Positions 8,479-18,369 are shown, counted from the first letter of the stretch. The stretch is DNA of 64,000 bases from an uncultured Candidatus Saccharibacteria bacterium (GCA_964363475.1 CAYIII010000002.1:6661-70660); one strand, 5' to 3'. The notes: generated from the sequence alone by a model not told the origin. Made by a program: numbers and translations.

Positions 8479-8925
8479 TTATTCAAAAGTGTAAAGTCCC
8501 GGAGTGCAACCTGGCGGTGGCTTAGAAGAACAACTCTTAGATTTAGACGAAATTTGCATGTCTATAATCTCAAAGTTAGTCACTTGGCCACCATTACAAG
8601 TCATTCCTATGGTCAATGCTAAATCAGTGAAAGTGCTTGAGTTGTCCCTGCAAGAACACCTAACTCCCTCCCATATGCAAGCGGCTCCGGTTCCAGTTGG
8701 CCAACTTAACCGAGTGATGCCACCTAAAGAAATAGCATTAGCTATAAAATTATTCACCGCCAAATCTCCGCTTTTAACTTGATAACCCGGACCAACATTA
8801 ACTGGCGCCGGAACATTGCCATCTGGCGGAGGAAGCGTCGGTTGCTGAAAAACGGCAAGAGCCAAATAATTCATTGCAAAAATAGATACGACAGCGATAA
8901 GAACCACTAAAAGCATATTATTCAT
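8479..8925 (-). CDS. Hypothetical secreted or membrane-anchored Cys-rich protein
   Basis: 148 aa; N-terminal hydrophobic helix, then a Pro-rich stretch and 8 Cys (CIWEGVRCSC, CNGG, CSSKPPPGC). No recognisable family. Confidence 0.4.
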   Translation of the reverse strand: MNNMLLVVLIAVVSIFAMNYLALAVFQQPTLPPPDGNVPAPVNVGPGYQVKSGDLAVNNFIANAISLGGITRLSWPTGTGAACIWEGVRCSCRDNSSTFTDLALTIGMTCNGGQVTNFEIIDMQISSKSKSCSSKPPPGCTPGLYTFE

Positions 8926-8975
8926 AATTTAATTTAATTATACTGAAACATATTTAAATGTTCATGTGGATAACT

Positions 8976-9662
8976 TTAATAAGGATGTCTTCTTAGGGCT
9001 TTTTTTGCGGCTTCCACCTCCGCTTCCTGTTTGGAATAACCCTCTCCCGAAGCCAAAAATTCGTCCTCCGAATAAACTCCCACTTTAAATAATTTTTGAT
9101 GTTCCGGCCCGCTTTCTTCCAGGTTTTTATAAGTCGGCGTAATTTTTTTCTCGCTTTGCATTTTTTCTTGCAGTAAGCTTTTGGCGTCTTTATAAGAGCC
9201 GTTGCGCAAAACCTCTTCAACTTTGATTAGAATAAATTTATTAACAAAATTTTTAATTTGAGAATAATCCGAGTCCAAATAAATCGCGCCAATGAGCGCT
9301 TCCATCGCGTTGGCGATAATAACATCTCGGGCCTTTCCCGTGTCTTTTGCCTCGCCTTTTGACAGTAAAATTTCTTTGTCCAGTATTATCTCTTTTCCTA
9401 TTTGAGCAAGAATTTGATAATTAACCAGAGCCGCCCTCAAGGTGGTCAGCTTGCCCTCGTCGTCATTTGGGAAGCGGTTAAATAATTCTTCCGTAACGGC
9501 TAATTCCAAAACAGCATCCCCTAAAAATTCCAATCTCTCGTTATGAGGAAATTTCCAGTCAGTATTTTCATTTAAATAAGAGCGATGCGTCATCGCCTCC
9601 TTCAAAAAAGATTGGTCTTTAAAATTATATTCAATTGTTTTTTCTAAATTAGATATGGACAC
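8976..9662 (-). CDS. rnc: Ribonuclease III
   Basis: 228 aa; RNase III signature ERLEFLGDAVLELAV plus a C-terminal dsRBD. Confidence 0.9.
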   Translation of the reverse strand: MSISNLEKTIEYNFKDQSFLKEAMTHRSYLNENTDWKFPHNERLEFLGDAVLELAVTEELFNRFPNDDEGKLTTLRAALVNYQILAQIGKEIILDKEILLSKGEAKDTGKARDVIIANAMEALIGAIYLDSDYSQIKNFVNKFILIKVEEVLRNGSYKDAKSLLQEKMQSEKKITPTYKNLEESGPEHQKLFKVGVYSEDEFLASGEGYSKQEAEVEAAKKALRRHPY

Positions 9663-9663
9663 T

Positions 9664-10098
9664 TTAACTGGTTTTTTTGCTAGCTTCTATTTCTTTATAA
9701 ACAGTTCCCAATACTCCATTGATAAATTTTCCGGAATTAGGGCCGCCATAGTTTTTAGCGATTTCTATGGCCTCGTTAATGGCAACTTTTGGGGGCACTT
9801 CTTCGGGATTGGCATAAATTAATTCATAAAGCCCGATTCTTAACGCGTTTCTGTCAACTATTGCCACTCTTTCCAATGGCCAATCAGGAGCCGCCTTTCT
9901 AATAATATCGTCTAAGGTCTTCATATTTTCTACTATTCCATTAACTATTTTCCAAACAAAATCGGGCTCGTCTAATCCGGGAGCAAATTCATTAAGATTG
10001 CGCTCCACAGTTGATTTTAAATCAACTTTTTTGTCCCAAAAATCCCATTCATAAAGCGATTGAAGAACTATAGATCTTGCAAGGTGCCTTGTGGCCAT
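9664..10098 (-). CDS. nusB: Transcription antitermination factor NusB
   Basis: 144 aa; [20 protein letters not shown]... typical NusB. Confidence 0.85.
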   Translation of the reverse strand: MATRHLARSIVLQSLYEWDFWDKKVDLKSTVERNLNEFAPGLDEPDFVWKIVNGIVENMKTLDDIIRKAAPDWPLERVAIVDRNALRIGLYELIYANPEEVPPKVAINEAIEIAKNYGGPNSGKFINGVLGTVYKEIEASKKTS

Positions 10099-10150
10099 GT
10101 TTTATAAATTTTCAATTATCAATTTTTAATTTTCAATTATTGATATGGTC

Positions 10151-10306
10151 TTACTTGTACTTTCCGCATTGTTTGCATGAACGATGTGGCAATACCGGTC
10201 CTCTGCAATTAGAACAGGCAAACAGGCCTATTTTTTTTAGAGCCAAGTGAGAGCGACGACGCCCCACTTTGCCCTTGCTATGATGTTTGACCGGTACTCC
10301 TCCCAT
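10151..10306 (-). CDS. rpmF: 50S ribosomal protein L32 (absent from the supplied ORF track because it is short)
   Basis: Minus-strand translation MGGVPVKHHSKGKVGRRRSHLALKKIGLFACSNCRGPVLPHRSCKQCGKYK (51 aa). Basic N-terminus and CxxC...CxxC zinc ribbon typical of L32. Confidence 0.7.
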   Translation of the reverse strand: MGGVPVKHHSKGKVGRRRSHLALKKIGLFACSNCRGPVLPHRSCKQCGKYK

Positions 10307-10408
10307 ATACTTTGTATTAAAACAATACTAACAATGATTGCTGAATTTGTCAAAATATGAGAGAAGTTTTTAATTAAATTTTTTTCTAGTTATACTTAAT
10401 TAAAAATA

Positions 10409-13400
10409 ATGTCTAAATTCGTCCATCTTCACACGCACAGCCACTATTCTTTGCTGGATGGTTTGGCGAAAATTCATGAGCTGGTTAATCGGGCCAAAGA
10501 ATTGGGTATGGATTCTTTAGCGTTAACTGACCACGGAAATCTTTACGGAGCCGTAGAATTTTATAAAGCCGCGAAAAGCGTCGGCATCAAACCCATCTTG
10601 GGAGTTGAGGCGTATTTGGCTCCGCGGTCTCGCACGGACAAAACACACGGCATAGATGATAAATACTTTCATTTAACGCTTCTTTGTAAAAATATTGACG
10701 GCTGGAAAAATTTAATTAAATTAATCACCAAAGCTAATTTAGAAGGATTTTATTATAAAGCCCGTGTTGATAAACAATTATTAAGACAATATCATGATGG
10801 GCTGATTGCCTTGTCCGGCTGTTTTTCCGGCGAATTGATTAAGAGTATTTTAGCCGGAAAAATAGAGCAGGCGGAAAAAATAGCGCTGGAGTATCAAGAT
10901 ATTTTTGGAGCGGGTAATTATTTTTTAGAAATAGGCCATCATCCCAATTGGTCTCCGCAAAATCATGAAAAAGCGCGCTCCGTTTTGATTTTATTAAGCA
11001 AAAAATTGAATATCCCGCTGGTTGCCACTCAAGACATCCATTATCTAAAGAAAGAAGACGCTCATTATCACGATATTTTAATGGCAATCGGCACTGGCAA
11101 TAAGATTGCCGACACTAACCGTCTGACGTTAAAAATGGACGATTTCTCTATGACTTCGCCCCAAGAAATGGCGGAAAGATTTAGCGATGTGCCGGAAGCG
11201 GTAGAAAATTCCGTCAAAATATCTGAACAATGCAATGTGGAATTTGTTTTAGGAAAGCCCATTCTCCCGTCTTTCCCTCTGCCGGAAGAAGAAACCCCGA
11301 ATTCTTTTTTAAGAAAAATAATAATGGAAAGATTGCCTCATCGCTACGAAAATATTACTCCGGAAATAAAAGAAAGAATTGAATACGAATTAACCGTTAT
11401 AGAAAAAACCGGCTATGCCGTTTATTTTCTTATCGTTCAGGATTTTATCAACTGGGCAAAAGAAAGAAAAATTATTGTAGGGCCAGGCCGCGGTTCGGCC
11501 GCCGGCAGTATAGTTTCTTATATCGCGGGCATAACCGATGTTGAGCCGTTAAAATTTAATTTGCTCTTTGAAAGATTTTTAAATCCCGACCGCATTCAAA
11601 TGCCTGACATTGACGTTGATTTGGCTGATTTGAGACGTAATGAAGTAATGGGATATTTAAATGAAAAATATGGCCGCGATAATGTCGCTCATATTATTAC
11701 TTTCGGCACTATGGCGGCGAGAGCCGCTATTCGCGATGTGGGGCGAGTGTTAGGCGTTCCTTATTCTCTTTGCGACAAAATTTCTAAAATGATTCCGTTT
11801 AATCAAGATTTGGACGATGCTTTAAGCAATGTTCCTGAATTGGCGGAAATGTATAAAAATGACCAATTGGTAAAAGAAGTTATTGACGGCGCCAAGCATT
11901 TGGAGGGCGTAGCTAGACACGCCTCCGTTCACGCCTGCGGCATTGTGCTTAGCAAGGAGTCCCTTACTGAATATTTGCCTTTGCAATATGCCCCGCAAGA
12001 CCCAAACACCATTATTACGCAATTTGAAATGCACGGCGTGGAGGATTTGGGATTATTAAAGATGGATATTTTAGGATTAAAAAACTTAACAATTTTAGAA
12101 AAAGTTACGCGTTTAATTAAAGAAAGCGGCAAGGGCGAAGTGGATGTTAATCATTTGCCAGTAAATGACAAAAAAACTTTTGAAATGCTGCGGGATGGAG
12201 ATACAACCGGAGTTTTTCAGTTTGAAAGCTCCGGCATGCGCCGTTATATGAAGGCCCTCAAACCAACGGAGCTGGAGGACTTAGTTGCGCTGGTTGCCGC
12301 TTATCGTCCCGGACCGATGGAACTTATCCCCTCTTTCATTAAAAGAAAACACGGTCAAGAAAAAATAACCTATCTGCATCCTAAATTAGAGCCGATTATG
12401 AAAAATACTTACGGCGTGGGCATTTATCAGGAACAAATGATGCAAATTGCCCGTGATTTAGCCGGCTTTACTTTGGCGGAGGCCGATACTTTGCGTAAAG
12501 CAATAGGCAAAAAAATTAAGGAATTATTGGATAAGCAAAAAGACAAGCTTGTAAACGGAATGATAAGCAATGGAATTGAACCGACAATTGCCAGAGCTAT
12601 TTGGGATATGTTTCCTCCGTTTGCCAAATACGGCTTCAATAAAAGTCACGCGGTTTGTTATGCCTACATTGGCTATCAAACTGCCTACCTGAAAGCGCAT
12701 TACCCCACTGAATTTATGACGGGACTTTTTAACGCGGATGCGGGCGATGTGGACAGAGCTACTTTTTTAGCCGGAGAATGCGCGAAAATGGAAATCAAAA
12801 TTTTGCCCCCCGATATAAATAAAAGCTGGTCTAATTTTACTCCCGGCGATAAATCAATCCAATTTGGTTTATTGGCTATTAAAAATGTCGGCCAAAATAT
12901 TGTTGAGGCCATTATCGCGGAAAGACAAAATGGCGGGCCATTTAAGGGACTGTCTGATTTTCTTTTTAGAATCCAACATAAAGACCTTAATAAAAAGTCG
13001 TTGGAAAGTTTGATTAAATGCGGCGCTTTAGATTTATTTGGCGCGGAAAGAGGCCTTTTATTGGCCAATCTGGAGGATTTATTAAAGTTTAACAATAATA
13101 TAAAAAAACAGCGCCTTAACAATCAGATAGGTTTATTTATTCATGATTTTTCTAATACCGTCCTAAAATTAAAACAGGCGTCAGAAATTCCCCTTATGGA
13201 AAAATTATCATGGGAAAAGGAATTATTGGGATTATATATTTCAGACCATCCTTTAAATTCTTATCGCCAGAAAATTAAAAATATGCAGGCCATGTCGTTA
13301 AAAGACGCGATGACGGTTAAATCAGAACTTCAGGATATTATCATTGTGGGACTGGTAACCAGAGCTCAAAAAATAATTACCAAAACCGGCAAGCCCATGC

Positions 13401-13573
13401 TTTTTGCTAAAGTGGAAGATTTTATGCACAACATGGAAGTGATAGTTTTTCCCGAGACATTTTTGAAAACAGCCAGCGTATGGAGAGAAAATGCCGTTGT
13501 GGGTATTTTAGGAAGAATGTCGTGGCGGGATGGAGAGCCAAAGCTGATTTGCAATAATGCCAAGGAGTTATAA
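10409..13573 (+). CDS. dnaE: DNA polymerase III alpha subunit (DnaE)
   Basis: 1054 aa; N-terminal PHP domain (LHTHSHYSLLDG), palm/fingers (GRGSAAGS), C-terminal OB fold. Confidence 0.9.
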   Translation: MSKFVHLHTHSHYSLLDGLAKIHELVNRAKELGMDSLALTDHGNLYGAVEFYKAAKSVGIKPILGVEAYLAPRSRTDKTHGIDDKYFHLTLLCKNIDGWKNLIKLITKANLEGFYYKARVDKQLLRQYHDGLIALSGCFSGELIKSILAGKIEQAEKIALEYQDIFGAGNYFLEIGHHPNWSPQNHEKARSVLILLSKKLNIPLVATQDIHYLKKEDAHYHDILMAIGTGNKIADTNRLTLKMDDFSMTSPQEMAERFSDVPEAVENSVKISEQCNVEFVLGKPILPSFPLPEEETPNSFLRKIIMERLPHRYENITPEIKERIEYELTVIEKTGYAVYFLIVQDFINWAKERKIIVGPGRGSAAGSIVSYIAGITDVEPLKFNLLFERFLNPDRIQMPDIDVDLADLRRNEVMGYLNEKYGRDNVAHIITFGTMAARAAIRDVGRVLGVPYSLCDKISKMIPFNQDLDDALSNVPELAEMYKNDQLVKEVIDGAKHLEGVARHASVHACGIVLSKESLTEYLPLQYAPQDPNTIITQFEMHGVEDLGLLKMDILGLKNLTILEKVTRLIKESGKGEVDVNHLPVNDKKTFEMLRDGDTTGVFQFESSGMRRYMKALKPTELEDLVALVAAYRPGPMELIPSFIKRKHGQEKITYLHPKLEPIMKNTYGVGIYQEQMMQIARDLAGFTLAEADTLRKAIGKKIKELLDKQKDKLVNGMISNGIEPTIARAIWDMFPPFAKYGFNKSHAVCYAYIGYQTAYLKAHYPTEFMTGLFNADAGDVDRATFLAGECAKMEIKILPPDINKSWSNFTPGDKSIQFGLLAIKNVGQNIVEAIIAERQNGGPFKGLSDFLFRIQHKDLNKKSLESLIKCGALDLFGAERGLLLANLEDLLKFNNNIKKQRLNNQIGLFIHDFSNTVLKLKQASEIPLMEKLSWEKELLGLYISDHPLNSYRQKIKNMQAMSLKDAMTVKSELQDIIIVGLVTRAQKIITKTGKPMLFAKVEDFMHNMEVIVFPETFLKTASVWRENAVVGILGRMSWRDGEPKLICNNAKEL

Positions 13574-13625
13574 TATATAAGCCAGTAGTGGTCTTTGAAA
13601 CTTTACATAAAGGAGTGATGTTGTT

Positions 13626-14591
13626 ATGAATAAGTCGTTACGGGAAACAGAAATAGAATTTTTGAGATATGAAGAAGATAAGATTAATCATAATGCCGAT
13701 TTATATAAAAGGTACGGCAAGCCAATTTTCTGGCGTTGGTTAATCAATATTTTAGCAGATTGGATTGTCGTTATTGGGGTTTATTGGCTTATGAGTTGGT
13801 CCAATAATAATGTTTCCTATTGGTTGTTGCCTGGTATTTATTTTATAGCTATTTTAGTTATTGGTAATCGCCAGCACGCTATTTCCGTAATGGGTCATGA
13901 AGGAACGCATCGTTTAGCTAGTCAAATTCGTTGGTTTAATGATTTTGTTACTGATTTTTTTTGTTGGTGGCCTTTAGGAACCGGCTTTAAAAGATTTCGT
14001 TTATTTCACATGGAGCATCATCGTTATTTGGGGACAGAGCTGGATCCAGAATATGGCAAGAAAGTTATTTCTGATCCAATTTTTGATATTCCCAAAACAA
14101 AAGGTCAAATTGTGAGGCGTTTCTTATTGGGATTGATAGGATTTCATGGCGGTTGGAAGGAATTATTTGCAGCTATCTGGGATTTTCGTCCGATAACTTT
14201 TTACGAAAATATTGGCCTTTGGCTTTGGCGAGGAGCAGTCTTTCTTATTTTGTGGCAATTACAAATCTGGTGGTGGGCTATTCCTTTATGGTTTATAGCT
14301 CAAGGCACTGCTTTTTGGTCTATGTTTCGTTTACGACTTTGGACAGAACATGTCGGTACTTCTGAGACACATCGTGTTTGGGTACCTTTATGGCAGAGAA
14401 TTTTATACTTACCTCATTATGTTTGGCTTCATTGGGAGCATCATCAATGGGATTTTATTCCTTTTTGGAATTTACCTAAAGTGCGTCTTTTGAATCAATC
14501 GGTGAAAATTATTCCTGTTGGCGAGGTACTTGATTCTTACGCTACAAGTCATTTTTATAAGACTGGGATTGTAAGGGAAACGTTGGTATAG
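13626..14591 (+). CDS. Membrane fatty-acid desaturase family protein (three-His-box di-iron enzyme)
   Basis: 321 aa, multiple TM helices; His boxes HEGTHR, HMEHHRY, HWEHHQW. Confidence 0.65.
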   Translation: MNKSLRETEIEFLRYEEDKINHNADLYKRYGKPIFWRWLINILADWIVVIGVYWLMSWSNNNVSYWLLPGIYFIAILVIGNRQHAISVMGHEGTHRLASQIRWFNDFVTDFFCWWPLGTGFKRFRLFHMEHHRYLGTELDPEYGKKVISDPIFDIPKTKGQIVRRFLLGLIGFHGGWKELFAAIWDFRPITFYENIGLWLWRGAVFLILWQLQIWWWAIPLWFIAQGTAFWSMFRLRLWTEHVGTSETHRVWVPLWQRILYLPHYVWLHWEHHQWDFIPFWNLPKVRLLNQSVKIIPVGEVLDSYATSHFYKTGIVRETLV

Positions 14592-14693
14592 ACAATTGCT
14601 CCGAAAGGGGCTTTTTTATTAAATGATCATCTAAATAGGATTATTAATTCCTAATTCTTGCTTCTTAATTTCTAATTCTTTATTCTTAAACTA

Positions 14694-15899
14694 ATGAAAC
14701 ATCGAGATCATCGTGAGTTAGGGCAGTTGATGGATTTATTTTCTTTTCACGACATTGCTCCCGGCGCGCCTTTTTGGCATCCCAAAGGAATGATTATTTT
14801 CCGCGAATTAGAAAAATTAGGGCGATATATCAATGATAAAAATGATTATCAGGAGATTTCCACTCCGATAATGGTGAAGGCGGAAGTTTTTAAAAAATCG
14901 GGGCATTGGGACCATTATCGTGATAATATGTTTTATTTTAGAAATCCCGTTGATGAAAAAGAAGAGTTAGTTATCAAACCCATGAATTGTCCCGAATCCA
15001 CTTATGTTTTTAATGCAAAAGTACGAAGTTATCGTGAGTTGCCGTTAAGATTGGCTGAAATTGGACGACTGCATCGCAATGAACTGTCTGGCACTTTAGG
15101 CGGCATGTTTCGCGTAAGGCAAATTACTATGGACGACGCGCATATTTATTGTCGTCCCGATCAAGTTGAGGATGAAGTAAAAAATATTATTGATATTTTT
15201 GAGAAGTTTTATTCTATTTTTGAAATGAAACCGCGCTATGTTTTGGCTACAAGGCCGGAAAAGTTTTTAGGCGATAAAGAAGATTGGAACAAGGCGGAAG
15301 AGTCCCTAATAAGCGCTCTAAAGAAAAGCGAAATTAAATATGAAATAAAACAAGGTGAAGGCGCTTTTTACGGACCAAAAATTGAAGTTCATTTAAAAGA
15401 TTCGCAAGAGCGCGATTGGCAAATGGGCACCGCTCAACTGGATTTAGTTATGTTGCCGAAACAATTTGACGTTCGTTATATAGACGAGAGTGGACAAAAG
15501 AAAATGCCGTGGGTAATACATCGCGCTATTTTCGGTTCTTTTGAGAGATTTATCGGCATGCTGTTAGAACATCTTGACGGCAGTTTGCCGATTTGGCTTT
15601 CGCCTGTTCAGGTCTCTGTGATTAATGTTGGAGAAAAACATTTAGAATATGCCCAAAAAATTAAAAAAGAGTTGGAAAAAATTGGCGTGAGAGTTAGTTT
15701 AGATGAACAAAATTTAACTGTCGGCAAAAAAATAAGAGAAACGGACACGCAAAAAATTCCTCTGGCCGTTGTCGTCGGGGATAAAGAGGTTAACGATAAC
15801 ATGGTCAGTTTAAGAGAACTGGGCGAAGATAAGGGCGTTTTTTCTTTAAAAGAATTTTCAGAGAATATTTTAAAAAAAGTAACCCCCCCGTCTTTTTAA
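14694..15899 (+). CDS. thrS: Threonyl-tRNA synthetase, catalytic + anticodon-binding domains only (N-terminal TGS and editing domains absent)
   Basis: 401 aa, begins MKHRDHRELGQLMDLF, corresponding to about residue 243 of E. coli ThrRS (RDHRKIGKQLDLY). Class II motifs (KPMNCPES, FRVRQITMDDAHIYC) and a C-terminal anticodon-binding domain. No upstream ORF could encode the missing N-terminus. Confidence 0.8.
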   Translation: MKHRDHRELGQLMDLFSFHDIAPGAPFWHPKGMIIFRELEKLGRYINDKNDYQEISTPIMVKAEVFKKSGHWDHYRDNMFYFRNPVDEKEELVIKPMNCPESTYVFNAKVRSYRELPLRLAEIGRLHRNELSGTLGGMFRVRQITMDDAHIYCRPDQVEDEVKNIIDIFEKFYSIFEMKPRYVLATRPEKFLGDKEDWNKAEESLISALKKSEIKYEIKQGEGAFYGPKIEVHLKDSQERDWQMGTAQLDLVMLPKQFDVRYIDESGQKKMPWVIHRAIFGSFERFIGMLLEHLDGSLPIWLSPVQVSVINVGEKHLEYAQKIKKELEKIGVRVSLDEQNLTVGKKIRETDTQKIPLAVVVGDKEVNDNMVSLRELGEDKGVFSLKEFSENILKKVTPPSF

Positions 15900-15908
15900 C
15901 GGAGGGTA

Positions 15909-16331
15909 TTATTTCATAATTTGTATTTCTTGAAGAATAATACGGGGATATTCTTCGTCAAACACGTGAATAACTATTCCAGCAATCTCTTTATTTCTTC
16001 TCATGAGTCTTACTATCCATTTTTCTCTTTTTTCCAGTTTATGCCATTGCCCGTCTATTTTTATGATGGTATTCATCTTTTTTTCATTATTATTTTCCCA
16101 CCACATTTGTATGCGCGACTCATTGTGGTCAAAAATACTTACAAGGCGCGCGCGAATTATCTCGTTATTAAAGTTATGACGGTAACTTCTTACAGTCAGA
16201 ATCGGACCCTTGCCCTTTTTCGCTTCTCTTTTCTTGCTTGTTACCCATTCTTTCTGAAAATAAAAATAAGTTGTCGTGTATAATTCCCAGCCAGTTACGT
16301 TTATTTCTTTAACCCCGTTTTTTGCTTTCAT
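15909..16331 (-). CDS. Hypothetical protein (downstream member of a paralogous pair)
   Basis: 140 aa, Trp/Lys-rich, no recognisable domain. Weak similarity to the upstream gene around an ESRI...NN segment. Confidence 0.4.
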   Translation of the reverse strand: MKAKNGVKEINVTGWELYTTTYFYFQKEWVTSKKREAKKGKGPILTVRSYRHNFNNEIIRARLVSIFDHNESRIQMWWENNNEKKMNTIIKIDGQWHKLEKREKWIVRLMRRNKEIAGIVIHVFDEEYPRIILQEIQIMK

Positions 16332-16333
16332 AA

Positions 16334-16828
16334 TTAAAACTCCTGTGATGACGATTGTCTGGTGGTCGTATGAACTTGTGTTGGTTTGCCGGTATGTTTA
16401 TTTATAATAACGAACTGAATTGCATAAACGCCTTTTTTATCTAAACTACTAACAAAGTTAGATTCGCTTATTGTTTCATTTTCATCTAATTGCCACCAAT
16501 TATTTTTGCCTTTTATTAAAATACGCGATTCTTTCAGGTCAATGTCATATAAAGTTTTTTCACGAATTACTATTGGCCCATGTTGGAACAGGCAAACAAC
16601 AGAAAGATCCACTTCTTTTACGGCTGTTCCATCTCCCTTAAATACACCGCTGAATTTATATGCCCATCCCAGTAAATCTTTTTTAGAAACCATAGAGGGT
16701 CTAACCTCTATGATGCTAATATGGCCGTCAGACGGATTGACTTGACACAAAACGGCATTTTTTATTCTTAATTGCCACGGCGGATATGGACGGGCAAAAT
16801 CTATGTTAATAGGCTGGACAATTTTCAT
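16334..16828 (-). CDS. Hypothetical protein (upstream member of a paralogous pair)
   Basis: 164 aa, no recognisable domain; 2-nt gap to the downstream gene, so a likely operon. Confidence 0.4.
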   Translation of the reverse strand: MKIVQPINIDFARPYPPWQLRIKNAVLCQVNPSDGHISIIEVRPSMVSKKDLLGWAYKFSGVFKGDGTAVKEVDLSVVCLFQHGPIVIREKTLYDIDLKESRILIKGKNNWWQLDENETISESNFVSSLDKKGVYAIQFVIINKHTGKPTQVHTTTRQSSSQEF

Positions 16829-16888
16829 TGTCTATCCCCTTTTCATTTTGACAAGGTTCTGTCTGATTTTAACGATACACGATTTGTT

Positions 16889-18316
16889 TTATTTTAAAAG
16901 GTCTTCAAATAATTCTTTTAGTATTTGCGGATTTGCCTTGCCTTTTAATTCTGACATTGCCTTGCCGATTAAAAACTGAAGCGAATTCTTTTTGCCGCTA
17001 CGGTAGTCCGACATCGCATTCGGATTTTCTTTAATAATTTTTTCCGCTAATTTTTTTAAATGTTCGGAATCCGAGACCTGTTGCCATTTTTTTTCTTTTA
17101 TAATTTCATGAGGGTCCAGCCCGGTTTTAAACATTTCCAATAATAAGTCCTTGGCAATGCGGCTGGAAATGTCCTTAGAAGCCAGTAAGCCAATCAAATG
17201 GGCTAAATTCACCGGAGGGATTTTTATATCGCCAATTAAGACCTCATTTTTCTTCATTAATCCCCACAAATCAGACGTCAGATAATTATAGAGCGACAGC
17301 AACTCATTTTTATTTTCCAGTTCAGAAACCGCTTCTTCAAAATAATTTGAAGAAAATCGGTCTTGTATCAAAACATCGGCTTGTTCGGCAGATAATTTAT
17401 ATTCTTCAATAAACCTATTTTTTTTAGGCAACGGCAATTCCGGTATCCCTAATTTTATTTGTTCTAAACTAAAAGCATCAGCCGTCAGAGGGGGCAGGTC
17501 TGGTTCGGAAAAATAGCGGTAATCGTGGGCCTCTTCCTTGCTTCGTTGCGATACCGTGGCTTGTTTACTTTCGTTCCACCCTCGGGTTTCTTGAGAAATT
17601 TTTTTATTTTTCGCCAATAAATCTTTTTGCCTTTTATATTCGTAATTAATAGCTCCCTCCAGCGATTTAAAAGAGTTAATATTTTTTACTTCCACTTTAA
17701 CGCCCATCGCGATAGAGATATTCGCTTCTAGTCGCATTTGCCCTTTTTCCATATCGGCGTCTGATACTTCCAGATATCGGAGAATGAGTTGCAGTTGTTT
17801 GGCAAATTCCACTGCTTGCGAGGCGCTGGTTATATCTGGCTCTGTGACCAACTCCATTAAAGGAACTCCGGAACGGTTATAATCAACCAAGCTAGCCCCC
17901 TTAATGTGAATGAGAGTGCCCGTGTCTTCTTCTAAATGTATTCTTCTTATGCGCGCGTTAAGCAACTCCCCCCCTTCCACTAACGGTTCATCATATTGTG
18001 AAATTTGATAACCTTTCGGCAGGTCCGGATAGAAATAATTCTTGCGGTCAAATTTTGTTTTGCCGTTTGGAATAATTTTTCCCCCCAAAGCCAAGCCAAC
18101 TTTCAACACGCTTTCTATGGCTTTTTTATTTAAGGTAGGCAGTGTTCCGGGATGACCGGCGCAAATGGGGCAGATATTAACATTAGGATGATGCTCGTCG
18201 GGGTCATTAAGGCAATCGCAAAACATTTTTGTTTTGGTCTTAAGTTCGGCGTGAACTTCTAAGCCAATGGTTAAGTCGTTCATATTATATATTTCAATTA
18301 TATTGAGCTTATCCAA
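16889..18316 (-). CDS. gatB: Asp-tRNA(Asn)/Glu-tRNA(Gln) amidotransferase subunit B
   Basis: 475 aa; MNDLTIGLEVHAELKTKTKMFCDC..CPICAGHPGTLP... canonical GatB. Confidence 0.9.
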   Translation of the reverse strand: MDKLNIIEIYNMNDLTIGLEVHAELKTKTKMFCDCLNDPDEHHPNVNICPICAGHPGTLPTLNKKAIESVLKVGLALGGKIIPNGKTKFDRKNYFYPDLPKGYQISQYDEPLVEGGELLNARIRRIHLEEDTGTLIHIKGASLVDYNRSGVPLMELVTEPDITSASQAVEFAKQLQLILRYLEVSDADMEKGQMRLEANISIAMGVKVEVKNINSFKSLEGAINYEYKRQKDLLAKNKKISQETRGWNESKQATVSQRSKEEAHDYRYFSEPDLPPLTADAFSLEQIKLGIPELPLPKKNRFIEEYKLSAEQADVLIQDRFSSNYFEEAVSELENKNELLSLYNYLTSDLWGLMKKNEVLIGDIKIPPVNLAHLIGLLASKDISSRIAKDLLLEMFKTGLDPHEIIKEKKWQQVSDSEHLKKLAEKIIKENPNAMSDYRSGKKNSLQFLIGKAMSELKGKANPQILKELFEDLLK

Positions 18317-18369
18317 ATATTACTATACTATTCTGAAAGCCGTAACTTTGACAAAAAGGAGCTTATTGT

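Noticed and set aside
8993-9220. 75-aa Lys/Arg-rich minus-strand ORF.
   Set aside because: An alternative frame wholly inside rnc (RNase III signature present in the other frame). Basic composition is an artefact of the AT-rich codons.
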